Source of the DNA: Chthoniobacterales bacterium
Lineage (GTDB): Bacteria > Verrucomicrobiota > Verrucomicrobiia > Chthoniobacterales > DASVRZ01
Reading direction: 5' to 3'
Assembly (NCBI GenBank): GCA_036388355.1
Contig: DASVRZ010000135.1
Location: 5,240 to 69,239, forward strand
DNA: 64,000 nt
In this document: positions 33,654-42,917 of the stretch, piece after piece
Position numbering within the stretch: position 1 is the stretch's first letter
Layout: every line of letters begins with the position of its first letter
Made by a program: the position numbers and the translations under genes
The notes under the pieces: generated by a model
Databases searched by the model: none
Seen by the model: only the letters and a program-made list of their open reading frames with translations
Told to the model about the DNA's origin: nothing

Positions 33654-34727
33654 ATGCCACACATCAAGCTCTACATTCCTGGTCCCATCGAAGTCTCGGC
33701 GAAGACTGCCGCCGCGTTTACCCTGCCGATGATCGGCCACCGCAGCGCCGATTTCAAAGCGCTCTACGAGTCGGTCCACCCGCAATTGCAGACGCTGTTT
33801 GGCACAAAGCAGCCCGTCTTGATTTCCACCTCCTCGGCTTGGGGCGTGATGGAAGGCGCGATGCGCAACCTCGTCTCGAAGCGCGTGCTGAACTGCATGA
33901 ACGGCGCCTTCTCCGACAAATGGCTCGACGTCTCAAAGCGTTGCGGCAAGGAAGCCGACGGTCTTCAAGTCCCATGGGGCCAGCCGATTCTCCCGGAGCT
34001 GCTGGACGAGAAACTCGCGACCGGCGCTTACGATGTCGTCACCGTGATTCATAACGAAACGTCCACCGGCGTGATGAGCCCGCTCAAAGACCTCTGCGCA
34101 GTAGTGGCAAAATATCCTGACGTTTCGTTAGTCGTGGATACCGTTTCTTCGTTCTCCGTGGTGCCGATTCCGATGGATGAATGGGGCATCGACGTGCTGC
34201 TCACCGGCAGCCAGAAAGCCCTCGCGATGCCTCCCGGCATGGCGTTGTTTGCCGTGAGCGAACGCGCCTACGCAAAAGCCGCCACCGTGAAGGATCGCGG
34301 CTATTATTTCGACTTCATCGAGTTCAAGAAAAACGCCGCGGAGTTCATGACCCCGAGCACGCCGACGATCGGGCACATCTATGCGCTCCGCTCGAAGCTG
34401 GAGGACATTTTCGCAGAAGGCGTCGAGGCCAGACACGCCCGCCACGCGCAGCTCAACGACCTCGTGCACGGCTGGGTGCGCGCGAACGGGTTTGAGTTCT
34501 TTGCTCCGGAAGGTTACCGCTCGAAGTCGCTCACCTGCGTCAAAAACAACCGCGAAGTGGACGTCGCCGCCTGGATCAAGCGCACGAAGACCAAGCACAA
34601 CTTCGTCTTCGACGGCGGCTACGGAAAAATCAAAGGAACCACCTTCCGCATTTCCAACATGGGCGACGAAACCGTCGAATCCATCCAGGCGGTGCTCGAC
34701 GGCTTGAGCGACACTCTGGAAGATTAG
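33654..34727 (+). CDS. Class V aminotransferase (serine/alanine--glyoxylate or phosphoserine aminotransferase-like)
   Basis: Starts at MPHIKLYIPGPIEV. SQKAL PLP-lysine motif (LTGSQKALAMPPG), then FRISNMG. Confidence 0.8.
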   Translation: MPHIKLYIPGPIEVSAKTAAAFTLPMIGHRSADFKALYESVHPQLQTLFGTKQPVLISTSSAWGVMEGAMRNLVSKRVLNCMNGAFSDKWLDVSKRCGKEADGLQVPWGQPILPELLDEKLATGAYDVVTVIHNETSTGVMSPLKDLCAVVAKYPDVSLVVDTVSSFSVVPIPMDEWGIDVLLTGSQKALAMPPGMALFAVSERAYAKAATVKDRGYYFDFIEFKKNAAEFMTPSTPTIGHIYALRSKLEDIFAEGVEARHARHAQLNDLVHGWVRANGFEFFAPEGYRSKSLTCVKNNREVDVAAWIKRTKTKHNFVFDGGYGKIKGTTFRISNMGDETVESIQAVLDGLSDTLED

Positions 34728-34748
34728 GCGCGCCGCTTCTCTGCTAAC

Positions 34749-35222
34749 ATGAAGTATATCTTCAGCTTGGTGGTGCCGTTCTATGCACTGGATCAGCTAA
34801 CCAAGCTCTGGGTCAGCCGCAGACTTCCTTTCGAGTCGGAAGAAATCATCATCCCCAAATTCTTCACGCTCGTTCATTGGGGGAATACCGGCGCAGCCTT
34901 CAGCATCATGCAAGGCTACGGCTGGTTTTTCGTCGTCCTGGCAGCCGTCGCCCTTCTCACGATGTCGTGGATGGCCTGGCGCGGACATGTGAAGGATACC
35001 CTCTCCAAGGTGTCCTTCTCGCTGCTCGCCGCCGGCATTTTGGGAAATGTGACAGACCGCATCCTCCACGGGCACGTCATCGATTTTCTGCTTTTCTATC
35101 TGCACGTGCCGTTTGCAAATCCCTGGCCCGCCTTCAACGTGGCTGACAGTTGCATCTTCGTCGCGGCTTTCATGCTCATTTGGCAATCGTTTCGTCAGGG
35201 AAACGTCACAGAGAAAAAGTGA
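34749..35222 (+). CDS. lspA: Lipoprotein signal peptidase II
   Basis: WGNTGAAFS, GNVTDR, VIDF and FNVADS motifs. Confidence 0.92.
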   Translation: MKYIFSLVVPFYALDQLTKLWVSRRLPFESEEIIIPKFFTLVHWGNTGAAFSIMQGYGWFFVVLAAVALLTMSWMAWRGHVKDTLSKVSFSLLAAGILGNVTDRILHGHVIDFLLFYLHVPFANPWPAFNVADSCIFVAAFMLIWQSFRQGNVTEKK

Positions 35223-35256
35223 ACGGTTGCGGGCATGGCATAGTCTCTCCTGAACT

Positions 35257-35688
35257 ATGAAATCCATCACCCGCATCGCATTCGCCCTCGTTCTGGCTGC
35301 CGCGCCCGCCTTATTGCAAGCGGCGGATCCGACTCCGCCCGCTGCCGAAACAGAAAAGGCTGCAGTTCCGCGACCTTTTCACGGGACCGTCGGCACGGTG
35401 TATCCTGACGAGAATTACTTCGACGTTCCTAACACCAACACCACAACCAGCCGCACCTTCAAGGTGGCTCCGCAGTCTAAGATCACCCGGGAAGGCAAGG
35501 AGATTACCATCAAGGACGTCAACGCCGGCGACGAAGTTCGTGGCATGGCTTTGAAAACTGGCGACCGGCAATACGAGGTGGTCTCGGCGAAAGTTGGCCC
35601 GAAGTCCGAGGAAGAAAAAGCGGCTGATCAAAAACGCAAAGAGAAGAAGGCGGCGAAGGAATCCGCAGAATCATCGGCGGCTGAATAG
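35257..35688 (+). CDS. Secreted hypothetical protein with Lys/Glu-rich tail (143 aa)
   Basis: Signal peptide MKSITRIAFALVLAAAPALLQA, a small beta-rich core, and a charged C-terminus. Confidence 0.6.
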   Translation: MKSITRIAFALVLAAAPALLQAADPTPPAAETEKAAVPRPFHGTVGTVYPDENYFDVPNTNTTTSRTFKVAPQSKITREGKEITIKDVNAGDEVRGMALKTGDRQYEVVSAKVGPKSEEEKAADQKRKEKKAAKESAESSAAE

Positions 35689-35763
35689 TGGGGATTCCGA
35701 TATCCGGGCGTCGTGGAGCGAAAATCTTCATGGCGCCCTTTCCTTTTCTGCTAAGCTGCGCGG

Positions 35764-37083
35764 ATGAGTTCACCCACGGAGATCGCCGCCCGCCGCATCA
35801 CTGCGCGCCTGCACGCAGCCGGGCATACGGCCTGGTTCGCGGGCGGCTGCGTGCGGGATCATTTGCGTGGCGTCGAACCGCATGATTTCGATATTGCCAC
35901 GAGTGCACATCCGGAGGAAGTGCAACGGCTCTTCCCCCGCAACGTAGCGGTCGGCGCGCACTTTGGAGTGATTGTGGTGCTGGATGGAGAGCTCTCCTTT
36001 GAGGTTGCGACGTTTCGTTCCGACGAGGCTTATATCGATGGGCGGCGGCCGACGGGGGTGCGGTTCACCACGCCGCAGCAGGACGCGGAACGGCGGGATT
36101 TTACAATCAACGCGATGTTCTTCGATCCGGAGGTTGGCGAGGTCATTGACTACGTCGAGGGCCGTGCAGATCTGGAAAAGAGGCTCATCCGCGCTGTTGG
36201 TGATGCAAGTCACCGGTTCGCAGAAGACAAACTCCGCATGCTGCGCGCGGTGCGGTTTGCCACCACCCTCAACTTCGAAATTGAGCCCTCGACTTGGAAA
36301 GCCATCCAACAATCTGCCTCCGAAGTCACTGCGGTCAGCGCTGAACGCATCCGGGATGAACTTCTCAAGATCTTCCGCTCCCCGCATCGCGTGCGTGGTC
36401 TGGATTTGTTAGATGAAAGCGGCTTACTCGCTGTCGTGTTGCCGGAGATTACTGCGCTGCACGGGTGCGAACAGCCTCCGCAGTTTCACCCGGAAGGCGA
36501 TGTCTTCGTGCATACGCGGATGATGTTAGGAATGCTCGCTCCTGAGGTGCCGGATTCCATATTTCTCTCGGTGCTCTTCCACGACATTGGCAAGCCCCGC
36601 ACGTTCTCCTACGACCCGGAGGAAGATCGCATCCGCTTTAGTGGACATGATGCCGTCGGGGCCAAGATGACGCTCGAAGTGATGCAGCGGCTGCGCTTTC
36701 CCAACGACGAGATCGAACGAGTCGTTGCGGCTGTGGCCAATCACATGGTCTTCAAAGACGTGACGAAAATGCGTGTGTCGAAGCTGAAACGCTTCATGGC
36801 GCGCCCCGACTTCGATCGAGAGATTGAACTGCACCGGGTGGATTGCAGCAGCAGCCACGGAGACCTCGGCAACATCGAATTCCTCCGGGAGAAGGCAGAG
36901 GAGTTTGCCAATGAGCCGCTCATTCCGCCGCCGCTCATCACCGGCCGAGATCTTATCGACCTCGGCCTCCGTCCTGGGCCGCAATTCAAAGAACTGCTGG
37001 AAATCGTCGAGACCGCACAGTTGGAAAACCGTGTCTCGACCCGCGAAGAAGCGCTTCAGCTCGTTAAAGAGCAGATCGGCTAG
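35764..37083 (+). CDS. cca: CCA-adding tRNA nucleotidyltransferase with HD domain
   Basis: FAGGCVRD...DFDIAT polymerase-beta head, RRDFTINAM, and HD domain LFHDIGKP. Confidence 0.88.
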   Translation: MSSPTEIAARRITARLHAAGHTAWFAGGCVRDHLRGVEPHDFDIATSAHPEEVQRLFPRNVAVGAHFGVIVVLDGELSFEVATFRSDEAYIDGRRPTGVRFTTPQQDAERRDFTINAMFFDPEVGEVIDYVEGRADLEKRLIRAVGDASHRFAEDKLRMLRAVRFATTLNFEIEPSTWKAIQQSASEVTAVSAERIRDELLKIFRSPHRVRGLDLLDESGLLAVVLPEITALHGCEQPPQFHPEGDVFVHTRMMLGMLAPEVPDSIFLSVLFHDIGKPRTFSYDPEEDRIRFSGHDAVGAKMTLEVMQRLRFPNDEIERVVAAVANHMVFKDVTKMRVSKLKRFMARPDFDREIELHRVDCSSSHGDLGNIEFLREKAEEFANEPLIPPPLITGRDLIDLGLRPGPQFKELLEIVETAQLENRVSTREEALQLVKEQIG

Positions 37084-37125
37084 GTAAGAAACTACGAGCC
37101 CGCAAACGAAGTGGCGCGCTGGAGG

Positions 37126-37150
37126 TGCAGGCCAGCGGCCTGCGCTCCCC
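37126..37150 (+). repeat. REP-like GC hairpin repeat (third copy)
   Basis: tgcaggccagcggcctgcgctcccc is 25/25 identical to 555-579. It lies in the convergent cca / DUF4864 intergenic region. Confidence 0.6.
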
Positions 37151-37244
37151 AGAAGAAGAGGCCGCCTCTTTGTTGCGAGGGCCGTTTCCGAGAGATCTTT
37201 CCGCTGCGGAGACAAACTACCTCCCGCGCCATCGAGCCGACACC

Positions 37245-37724
37245 TCAGGTTCGCGGTTCGCCTGCGGCGAATCGTTCTGAGCCCATCCGCAGCATTTGCA
37301 CGCCTTCGATTTTCCATTGGCCCTGCTCTTTGACGAACGCGTAGATCATCGGAACGGATTCGCCCCCACTGCTTACGTAGATCATCGCGGAGGCTCGAAG
37401 GTCGGCGGCAAATTGCGTTTGCCCGAAGTTCAAGCGCCCGGAGCGGGTGAGATGCGGATACGTTTGACGCACCATCTCGCTAAACTGGTCGAGCGGAAAC
37501 TTCTGGCGAATACCGCTGGCCGCAAATCCATAGGCGGTGGGAAAATCATTTCGCCGAAAGGCGGCGATCTGATCTCCCGCCAATTGATACAACTCCCGCG
37601 AGTTCCCCTGCGGCGCAGCCACAATTGGCAGCAACTTTTTACCGGTATAAGCCCGGCCCGCCACAAATCCTCCGACCAATGCTAGCAGCCCAACCAACAC
37701 GCTGGCTTTGATGCGAAGCCTCAC
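37245..37724 (-). CDS. DUF4864-like membrane-anchored protein
   Basis: TM helix ASVLVGLLALVGGFVAG, then ...AFRRNDFPTAYGFAASGIRQKF...IYAFVKEQGQWKIEGVQ (SnoaL-like/DUF4864 pattern). The GTG start at 37724 forms a GTGA overlap with the upstream stop. Confidence 0.6.
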   Translation of the reverse strand: MRLRIKASVLVGLLALVGGFVAGRAYTGKKLLPIVAAPQGNSRELYQLAGDQIAAFRRNDFPTAYGFAASGIRQKFPLDQFSEMVRQTYPHLTRSGRLNFGQTQFAADLRASAMIYVSSGGESVPMIYAFVKEQGQWKIEGVQMLRMGSERFAAGEPRT

Positions 37725-38032
37725 GGCACCACCTCCGCCAGCCGCCGCAGATAATGATAGGAGTAAATCCCGGTCGTATGGCCATCCGCCCAAGTGGGTT
37801 GCCAACCGTAGCCGCCGACATTTTGGTGACTACGCAAGACGAAGCTATTGGCGAAATACGTCACCTCCGAGTGCAGTACGTTGCCTAGGACATCGGGCTC
37901 GCCGCCGCAGGTGGCACAAGGGCAGGCGCGGCGCAGAAACTCCAGAGGCAGGTAGCTTTCGGAGCCGTCGGCCCAGGCGAAAGCAACCTCGTTGCCAATG
38001 GGTTGAATGTTAGTAAGAGCAAGAGTTTCCAT
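37721..38032 (-). CDS. DUF971 (gamma-butyrobetaine hydroxylase N-terminal-like) protein
   Basis: LPLEFLRRACPCATCGGE ... GGYGWQPTWADGHTTGIYSYHYLRRL is the typical DUF971 pattern. Confidence 0.75.
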   Translation of the reverse strand: METLALTNIQPIGNEVAFAWADGSESYLPLEFLRRACPCATCGGEPDVLGNVLHSEVTYFANSFVLRSHQNVGGYGWQPTWADGHTTGIYSYHYLRRLAEVVP

Positions 38033-38034
38033 AG

Positions 38035-39222
38035 TTATTCAGTGAGCCGGCTCGAATGCACTTCGCGGCCGCCTCGGAGCGCGCGCAACATGCCTTCCTG
38101 GAGGAACAGCTTCTGGTGCTCCTCCATGAGGTAACGATCCGTCATGCCGGAAAGATAGTCGCAAATCGTGCGGTGAAGACCTTCCTTGCGCACGCGTTGC
38201 GCGGCCGATTTACCGAGCAGCGACGGGCAGGAGACGTAGGCATTGAAAACATTCCGCAACATCGTGCAGGCGCGTTTATTCACGTCGGCGACCTTCGGGT
38301 GATAGTAGAGATTCTGATAAAGAAACTTCCGCAACTGCGCCGTCGCCTTCGTCATCGCAGGGCTGTAGGAGACGAGCGGCTTCTTCTGTTTGCTAACATC
38401 TGCGATGCTCTTAAGTCCGGCTTTTTCAATGTTCTTTGCGCTGGTGACAATCACGTCTTCCACCAGGCGATCTATCAAGCACCGAATCACAAAGGTGCGA
38501 AACTCCGGCCCCTTCAGTTTCTTGTAATCCTCCTGCACAGCGGCGCTCGTCTCGCTCCAGAGCGTGAGCTTTTCCAGTTGATCCACAGCTAACAATTCAA
38601 AATCCATCCCGTCGTCGAGATCGTGGCTGTAGTAGGTAATCTCGTCCGCAATGTTAGTGATCTGCGCCTCGAGGCACGGTGAGCTGCTAGGCTTGGAGTC
38701 GGGCTGAAAGGCTTCATGTTTGCGCAAGCCCTGGAGGACTTCCGAGGAGAGATTCAGACCAGGAAACTTCGGATATTTGTTTTCCAGCAACTCGACCACG
38801 CGCAGGCTTTGCGAGTTGTGTTCAAATCCGCCGTGTTCGTGCATGAGCTCATCGAGCATTTCCTCTCCGGAATGTCCAAACGGAGCGTGCCCCAGGTCAT
38901 GCGCCATGGCGATCGCTTCCGCGAGATCTTCATTCAGGCACAGCGCGCGGGAAATCGTCCGGCTAATGGAAGCGACTTCAATGGTGTGCGTGAGGCGGGT
39001 GCGCAGATGGTCGCCCGTGCCATTCAGAAAGACCTGCGTCTTGTATTCCAGACGGCGAAAAGAGCGCGAATGAATGATGCGTGCCCGGTCGCGCTGGAAT
39101 TCGGTGCGAAAAGCGTGTGACGTTTCGGGATATTTCCGGCCTTCGGACAGCGCGGACTTTTGCGCGTAAGGAGCGAGGGACGTGAGCTCGGAGGCTTCGT
39201 AGTTTTCGCGGGTTCGGAGCAT
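38035..39222 (-). CDS. dgt: dGTP triphosphohydrolase-like HD-domain protein
   Basis: FQRDRARIIHSRSFRRLEYKTQVF, RLTHTIEV and HDLGHAPFGHSGE motifs. Confidence 0.88.
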   Translation of the reverse strand: MLRTRENYEASELTSLAPYAQKSALSEGRKYPETSHAFRTEFQRDRARIIHSRSFRRLEYKTQVFLNGTGDHLRTRLTHTIEVASISRTISRALCLNEDLAEAIAMAHDLGHAPFGHSGEEMLDELMHEHGGFEHNSQSLRVVELLENKYPKFPGLNLSSEVLQGLRKHEAFQPDSKPSSSPCLEAQITNIADEITYYSHDLDDGMDFELLAVDQLEKLTLWSETSAAVQEDYKKLKGPEFRTFVIRCLIDRLVEDVIVTSAKNIEKAGLKSIADVSKQKKPLVSYSPAMTKATAQLRKFLYQNLYYHPKVADVNKRACTMLRNVFNAYVSCPSLLGKSAAQRVRKEGLHRTICDYLSGMTDRYLMEEHQKLFLQEGMLRALRGGREVHSSRLTE

Positions 39223-39237
39223 GGCGGCGGGGGGAGT

Positions 39238-39534
39238 TTACTCGTCTTCGTCGTCAGCGAAAATCTGTTTTCTCAAGCGGCGCTGCTCCTCCCGACCGGC
39301 CTTGCGCACCGCCAGCAAATCATACGCAGCGAGGAGGAAAATGAGAATGGTCAGCCACATGCAGGCGAACCAATAGATGAAAAACCACGTCACATGCGCG
39401 ATGAGCCACGGACCGAGGAACGTCCAGCCGACGAAGAGCATGACGAGCGCGGCAACCACCAGCACGGACAGCGCATGGCGGCGCTGCGTCTGGTCGCGAA
39501 TCAGGCCAATGCACGTCTGGAGGAGGAAACGCAT
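39238..39534 (-). CDS. Small polytopic membrane protein (98 aa)
   Basis: Only the C-terminal 98 codons of track ORF 39238..40092 are non-overlapping and hydrophobic: MRFLLQTCIG...WFFIYWFACMWLTILIFLLAAY, followed by an acidic tail. ATG at 39534. Confidence 0.5.
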   Translation of the reverse strand: MRFLLQTCIGLIRDQTQRRHALSVLVVAALVMLFVGWTFLGPWLIAHVTWFFIYWFACMWLTILIFLLAAYDLLAVRKAGREEQRRLRKQIFADDEDE

Positions 39535-39608
39535 ACTGCCGGGATCATTCGCCGAAAGCCTCCAGCGAAGCAAAGCGTTTTTCGGCTCCAACCGCCCTGG
39601 ACAGTGGC

Positions 39609-42137
39609 TCAGCGCCACTCGTGCCGCGGGTATTTGCGCTGCAATTGCTGCTTCAGAACAGGGTAACTTTCCTTCCAAAAAGTGGTGAGGCTTTGCGTTA
39701 CCTGCACCGGGCGATGATTGGGCGCGAGCACTTGAATGAGAACGGGAACGCGGCCCATGCAGACGGTGAGGTCGCGCTCGACGCCAAACAAATCCTGGAT
39801 GCGCGCCGCGAGCGTGGGCGGTCCGGTTTCGGCATAAACGAGCTTGATCGCCCGCGGCTTGGCGAGACCAGGAAGGTCGATTTTCTCCGGCGCGTGGGTG
39901 TCGAGCAGCTCGAGTTGGGAGCGGCTCAGCCAGCTTTTGACGGTCGGCCAGACGGACTTTTCCTTGATGTCTTTGTAGCCCATCGCGCCGAGGCAAAGCT
40001 GCTCGACCAAGGTGGTGCGATCTTCGAGGGTGAGCGGCGGCAGGCCGAAGTCCGGCGCCCATTCCGCCAAGCGATTGAGGCGAATGATCCATTGCTCGAC
40101 GGCGTGATCCCAGTTCTCCAGGACGAGACGTCCGGCGACGACTTCCTCCGCTAGAACGCGGGCGGCGTCTCCGGGAGGCGGCACTCCGGCCTTCGGCTTC
40201 TCCAGCGTGAGATCGCGAAAACGGCGGCTCGTTTCGGCTATGACTCGCCGCTGGATGGGGTCGAAACGGGCGATGGTGGACTCCGAGAAATCGGCCGGGA
40301 AAAGCTCGCGCAGCCAGTCTTCCTGAATCGCGGTGGCGAGTGTGAGAAGGGTATTCAGTTCCTTGTCGCGGCCTTCGATCTCGCGGATTTCGCCAATGAC
40401 TAACAACGGATGCTTCTGCACCACGCTCTCCCGCGCAAGGACGCCGCGCCGCGCGTGCACGAGTTCACATTGCAAGGTGCCGCTGTCCATCCGGCGCGCC
40501 ACTTGATCGGAAAAACCGGCGAGCAGACACTTTGCGAGCGCTTCTCCGTTCATCGGGCTCTCGCTCACGTCGAGTTTCTCGTCGGCGGCGATGCGCAGAA
40601 ATTGATCGAAAAGCTGCTGGATCTGCCGGGCGGTGGCGTAGTGGATTCCGAGTTGTTTGCTGCGATCGGGGCCGGCTTTCACCGCGTAACGCCAGGCGCG
40701 GATCGCGAGGAAAAAATCGGATTCCGCCTCCGAGCCGAGGATGTCGTCGCGCAGATCGTCCATCTTTCGGCCCTGGCTGCGGAGGAGAATGCCGCGGCCT
40801 TGCGTCATCGCTGCTAACAATGCACAGCCGCGGACGCAGCCGAGCTCCTGCGCCATCAAGAACATGCGCGCATATCGCGGATGCACGGGAAAGGCTAACA
40901 TCCGACGTCCGAGCGGCGTGATCGTTTGCTCCGCACGATCCACTGCGCCGAGATCCACCAGCAAATCTTCGGCGCGTTGCAGTCCGCGGGCGTCGGGTTT
41001 TTCCAGCCAACGGAAATCTTGGATGTTTCTAACATCGCCCGCTTTGAGCGTGAGCACGACTTCGCTGAGATCGAGCCGTTTGACCTCGGGCAAATCCTGC
41101 GGGGCCCGAAGCGTGTGCTCATGGGAGGTCCAGAGGCGCAGGCAACGACCGGGAGCCGTGCGTCCGGCGCGTCCGGCGCGTTGATCCGCCGAGGAGCGGG
41201 AGATTTTTTCCACGAGGAGGGTGTTGATGCCTCGCTGCGGATCGAATTTAGCGACGCGTGCGAGGCCTGCATCGACGACGATCGTGATGCCATCGATGGT
41301 GAGCGACGTTTCCGCAACGTTGGTCGAAACCACGACTTTGCGCGTGTCGTGTTTGCTGACGGCGGCGTCCTGATCGGCGGCGGGAAGTTCGCCGTGCAAG
41401 GGAAGGACTAACACTCCACGGCTGGTGCGCCGGATCGCTTCGATGGTGCGCTGGATTTCATATGCGCCCGGCATGAAGACGAGCGCGTCGCCGGTGGTTT
41501 TGGCGAGCAGTTTGTCCAACTCATCAGCAGCAAGATCCCAGATCGGGTAATCCGGGCCAACGGGTTTGTCGAGATAGTGGATGTCCACCGGGTGCATGCG
41601 CCCTTCGGAGGTGAGGACGTCGCAGGGGGAGAGATAGTCCTCGAGTTTGCCGGTCTCCAGCGTGGCCGACATGACGACAATGACCAAGTCCGGTCGTGTT
41701 GTTTCCTGCAAGTCCAGCGCGCGGGCAAGGGTGATGTCGCCGTAGAGATGGCGTTCGTGAAATTCATCGAAAACAACGACCTGGATGCCGCGCAGATGCG
41801 GATCGTGGATCATTTGTCGCAGGAGAATTCCTTCCGTGACGAAGCGAATCCGCGTTTGTTCCGACGTGCGGTTTTCGAGTCGGATCTGGTAGCCGACGAG
41901 GCTGCCGGTTTTGACGCTCATCTCGGAAGCGACGCGGTCGGCGAGCATGCGCGCAGCGAGGCGGCGCGGTTGCAGGAGGACGATCTGGCCGGTTTCGGTG
42001 AGTCCCGCCCGGTGGAGAATCTGCGGAATCTGGGTGGATTTGCCGGAGCCGGTGGGCGCGTGCACGAGCAGTCGCGCCTTGGGACGCCGTGCCGCCGCGA
42101 CAATGGCGTCGGCTATTTCGTAAATGGGGAGAGTCAT
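39609..42137 (-). CDS. hrpB: ATP-dependent RNA helicase HrpB (DEAH/RHA family)
   Basis: GSGKSTQIPQ, DEFHER, SAT, TNVAETSLTIDGI and QRAGRAGR, plus HA2/OB and HrpB C-terminal regions (842 aa). Confidence 0.92.
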   Translation of the reverse strand: MTLPIYEIADAIVAAARRPKARLLVHAPTGSGKSTQIPQILHRAGLTETGQIVLLQPRRLAARMLADRVASEMSVKTGSLVGYQIRLENRTSEQTRIRFVTEGILLRQMIHDPHLRGIQVVVFDEFHERHLYGDITLARALDLQETTRPDLVIVVMSATLETGKLEDYLSPCDVLTSEGRMHPVDIHYLDKPVGPDYPIWDLAADELDKLLAKTTGDALVFMPGAYEIQRTIEAIRRTSRGVLVLPLHGELPAADQDAAVSKHDTRKVVVSTNVAETSLTIDGITIVVDAGLARVAKFDPQRGINTLLVEKISRSSADQRAGRAGRTAPGRCLRLWTSHEHTLRAPQDLPEVKRLDLSEVVLTLKAGDVRNIQDFRWLEKPDARGLQRAEDLLVDLGAVDRAEQTITPLGRRMLAFPVHPRYARMFLMAQELGCVRGCALLAAMTQGRGILLRSQGRKMDDLRDDILGSEAESDFFLAIRAWRYAVKAGPDRSKQLGIHYATARQIQQLFDQFLRIAADEKLDVSESPMNGEALAKCLLAGFSDQVARRMDSGTLQCELVHARRGVLARESVVQKHPLLVIGEIREIEGRDKELNTLLTLATAIQEDWLRELFPADFSESTIARFDPIQRRVIAETSRRFRDLTLEKPKAGVPPPGDAARVLAEEVVAGRLVLENWDHAVEQWIIRLNRLAEWAPDFGLPPLTLEDRTTLVEQLCLGAMGYKDIKEKSVWPTVKSWLSRSQLELLDTHAPEKIDLPGLAKPRAIKLVYAETGPPTLAARIQDLFGVERDLTVCMGRVPVLIQVLAPNHRPVQVTQSLTTFWKESYPVLKQQLQRKYPRHEWR

Positions 42138-42568
42138 GGAAACACCGCCAAACCTTCCGCCACCGCCGCCTGCCGCTGCCGCTCATCAAACGTGTAAAAC
42201 GCGCTCACTCCTAACAAAGCGGCTGCCGCAACGTGCAACAGATCCAGGCTGCGAGTGGCCACGGTTGGAGTGTGCCGGTCGCTGAGTTCGAGAGCTTTCT
42301 CGTAAAGAGCGGCAGTGGGAGGAGTGGCTTCGATGAAGATGCCCGCGCCGAGCATGTTCTCCAGCAGCTGCCAAAGCTGATAAACTTCGCCTGGACTGAT
42401 CTTCTCGCGCACGACTGCCAGGTTGAAGCTATTTCGCAATTCCAGCAGGCTCAATGGCGTCAACGTGATAGCAGATCCCTCTTGCTGCAAAGCTTCTCTC
42501 GCTTGTTGCGATCTGTCCTCGATGAGAAATAGCGACGCTAGGAAGCTGGTGTCCGCGTAAGCGCTCAC
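42134..42568 (-). CDS. vapC: VapC-type PIN-domain toxin
   Basis: VSAYADTSFLASLF... and SLDLLHVAAAALLGVSAFYTFDERQ (PIN acidic residues). The GTG start forms a GTGA overlap with the antitoxin stop, and the stop forms an ATGA overlap with the hrpB start. The track merges this gene with an upstream out-of-frame stretch. Confidence 0.8.
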   Translation of the reverse strand: MSAYADTSFLASLFLIEDRSQQAREALQQEGSAITLTPLSLLELRNSFNLAVVREKISPGEVYQLWQLLENMLGAGIFIEATPPTAALYEKALELSDRHTPTVATRSLDLLHVAAAALLGVSAFYTFDERQRQAAVAEGLAVFP

Positions 42569-42843
42569 CGGTCTCCCCGGTCCAGGATAAACTCCATGTC
42601 TTCCTTGCTCAGCTTGCGGGATTCCAGATCCTCCCCGAAAACCTCCCGCTGGATGGCTTGGAAATCCGGCCATTTCACCGGGCCCGCTGGTTCCGCTGAT
42701 TTCGGCACGAGCTGCGCGACGATTTTCCCCCGCTTGGTGAGATTCACCGATTCGCCTTCCTCGATCCAGCGAAAGACTTTTGGGAAATGGTTGCGCAGAT
42801 CTGCAATGGTCGCCGTTTTCATTGTGAGACATTGATCTCTCAT
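42565..42843 (-). CDS. Phd/YefM-type antitoxin
   Basis: MKTATIADLRNHFPKVFRWIEEGESVNLTKRGKIVAQLVP is the canonical Phd/YefM N-terminus. The likely true start is the ATG at 42822. Confidence 0.8.
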   Translation of the reverse strand: MRDQCLTMKTATIADLRNHFPKVFRWIEEGESVNLTKRGKIVAQLVPKSAEPAGPVKWPDFQAIQREVFGEDLESRKLSKEDMEFILDRGDR

Positions 42844-42917
42844 GAGGGCGGCGGCAAATCATTTCTGCTTTTTGCCTGTTCCGCAGCGGTGCTCTCCATG
42901 ATCTTTAGCCGCATCTC

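Noticed and set aside
15642-38658. The 9-mer AATGTTAGT occurs five times (15642, 16862, 17603, 38006, 38650). The 6-mer CTAACA/TGTTAG looked frequent, at about 40 sites by eye.
   Set aside because: All five 9-mers are the reverse complement of ACT-AAC-ATT, encoding the tripeptide T-N-I in minus-strand genes (murF ITNIGT, two in murE, DUF971, dGTPase). Aligned flanks show no extended consensus, and the 5-mer CTAAC is near its compositional expectation. Codon and peptide bias is the simpler explanation. A proper k-mer enrichment test with a codon-shuffled null model would be needed to revive this.
39238-40092. The 284-aa track ORF on the minus strand, running from inside the hrpB 3' end to 39238.
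   Set aside because: Its first roughly 185 codons overlap hrpB out of frame and are Arg/Pro-rich. Only the last 98 codons, from the ATG at 39534, are hydrophobic and non-overlapping. I kept those as a small membrane protein.
42134-42862. The single 242-aa track ORF spanning the whole region upstream of hrpB.
   Set aside because: It is a composite. The C-terminal 144 codons are a PIN/VapC protein starting at the GTG at 42568. The N-terminal part overlaps the real Phd/YefM antitoxin gene (42565..42843) in another frame.
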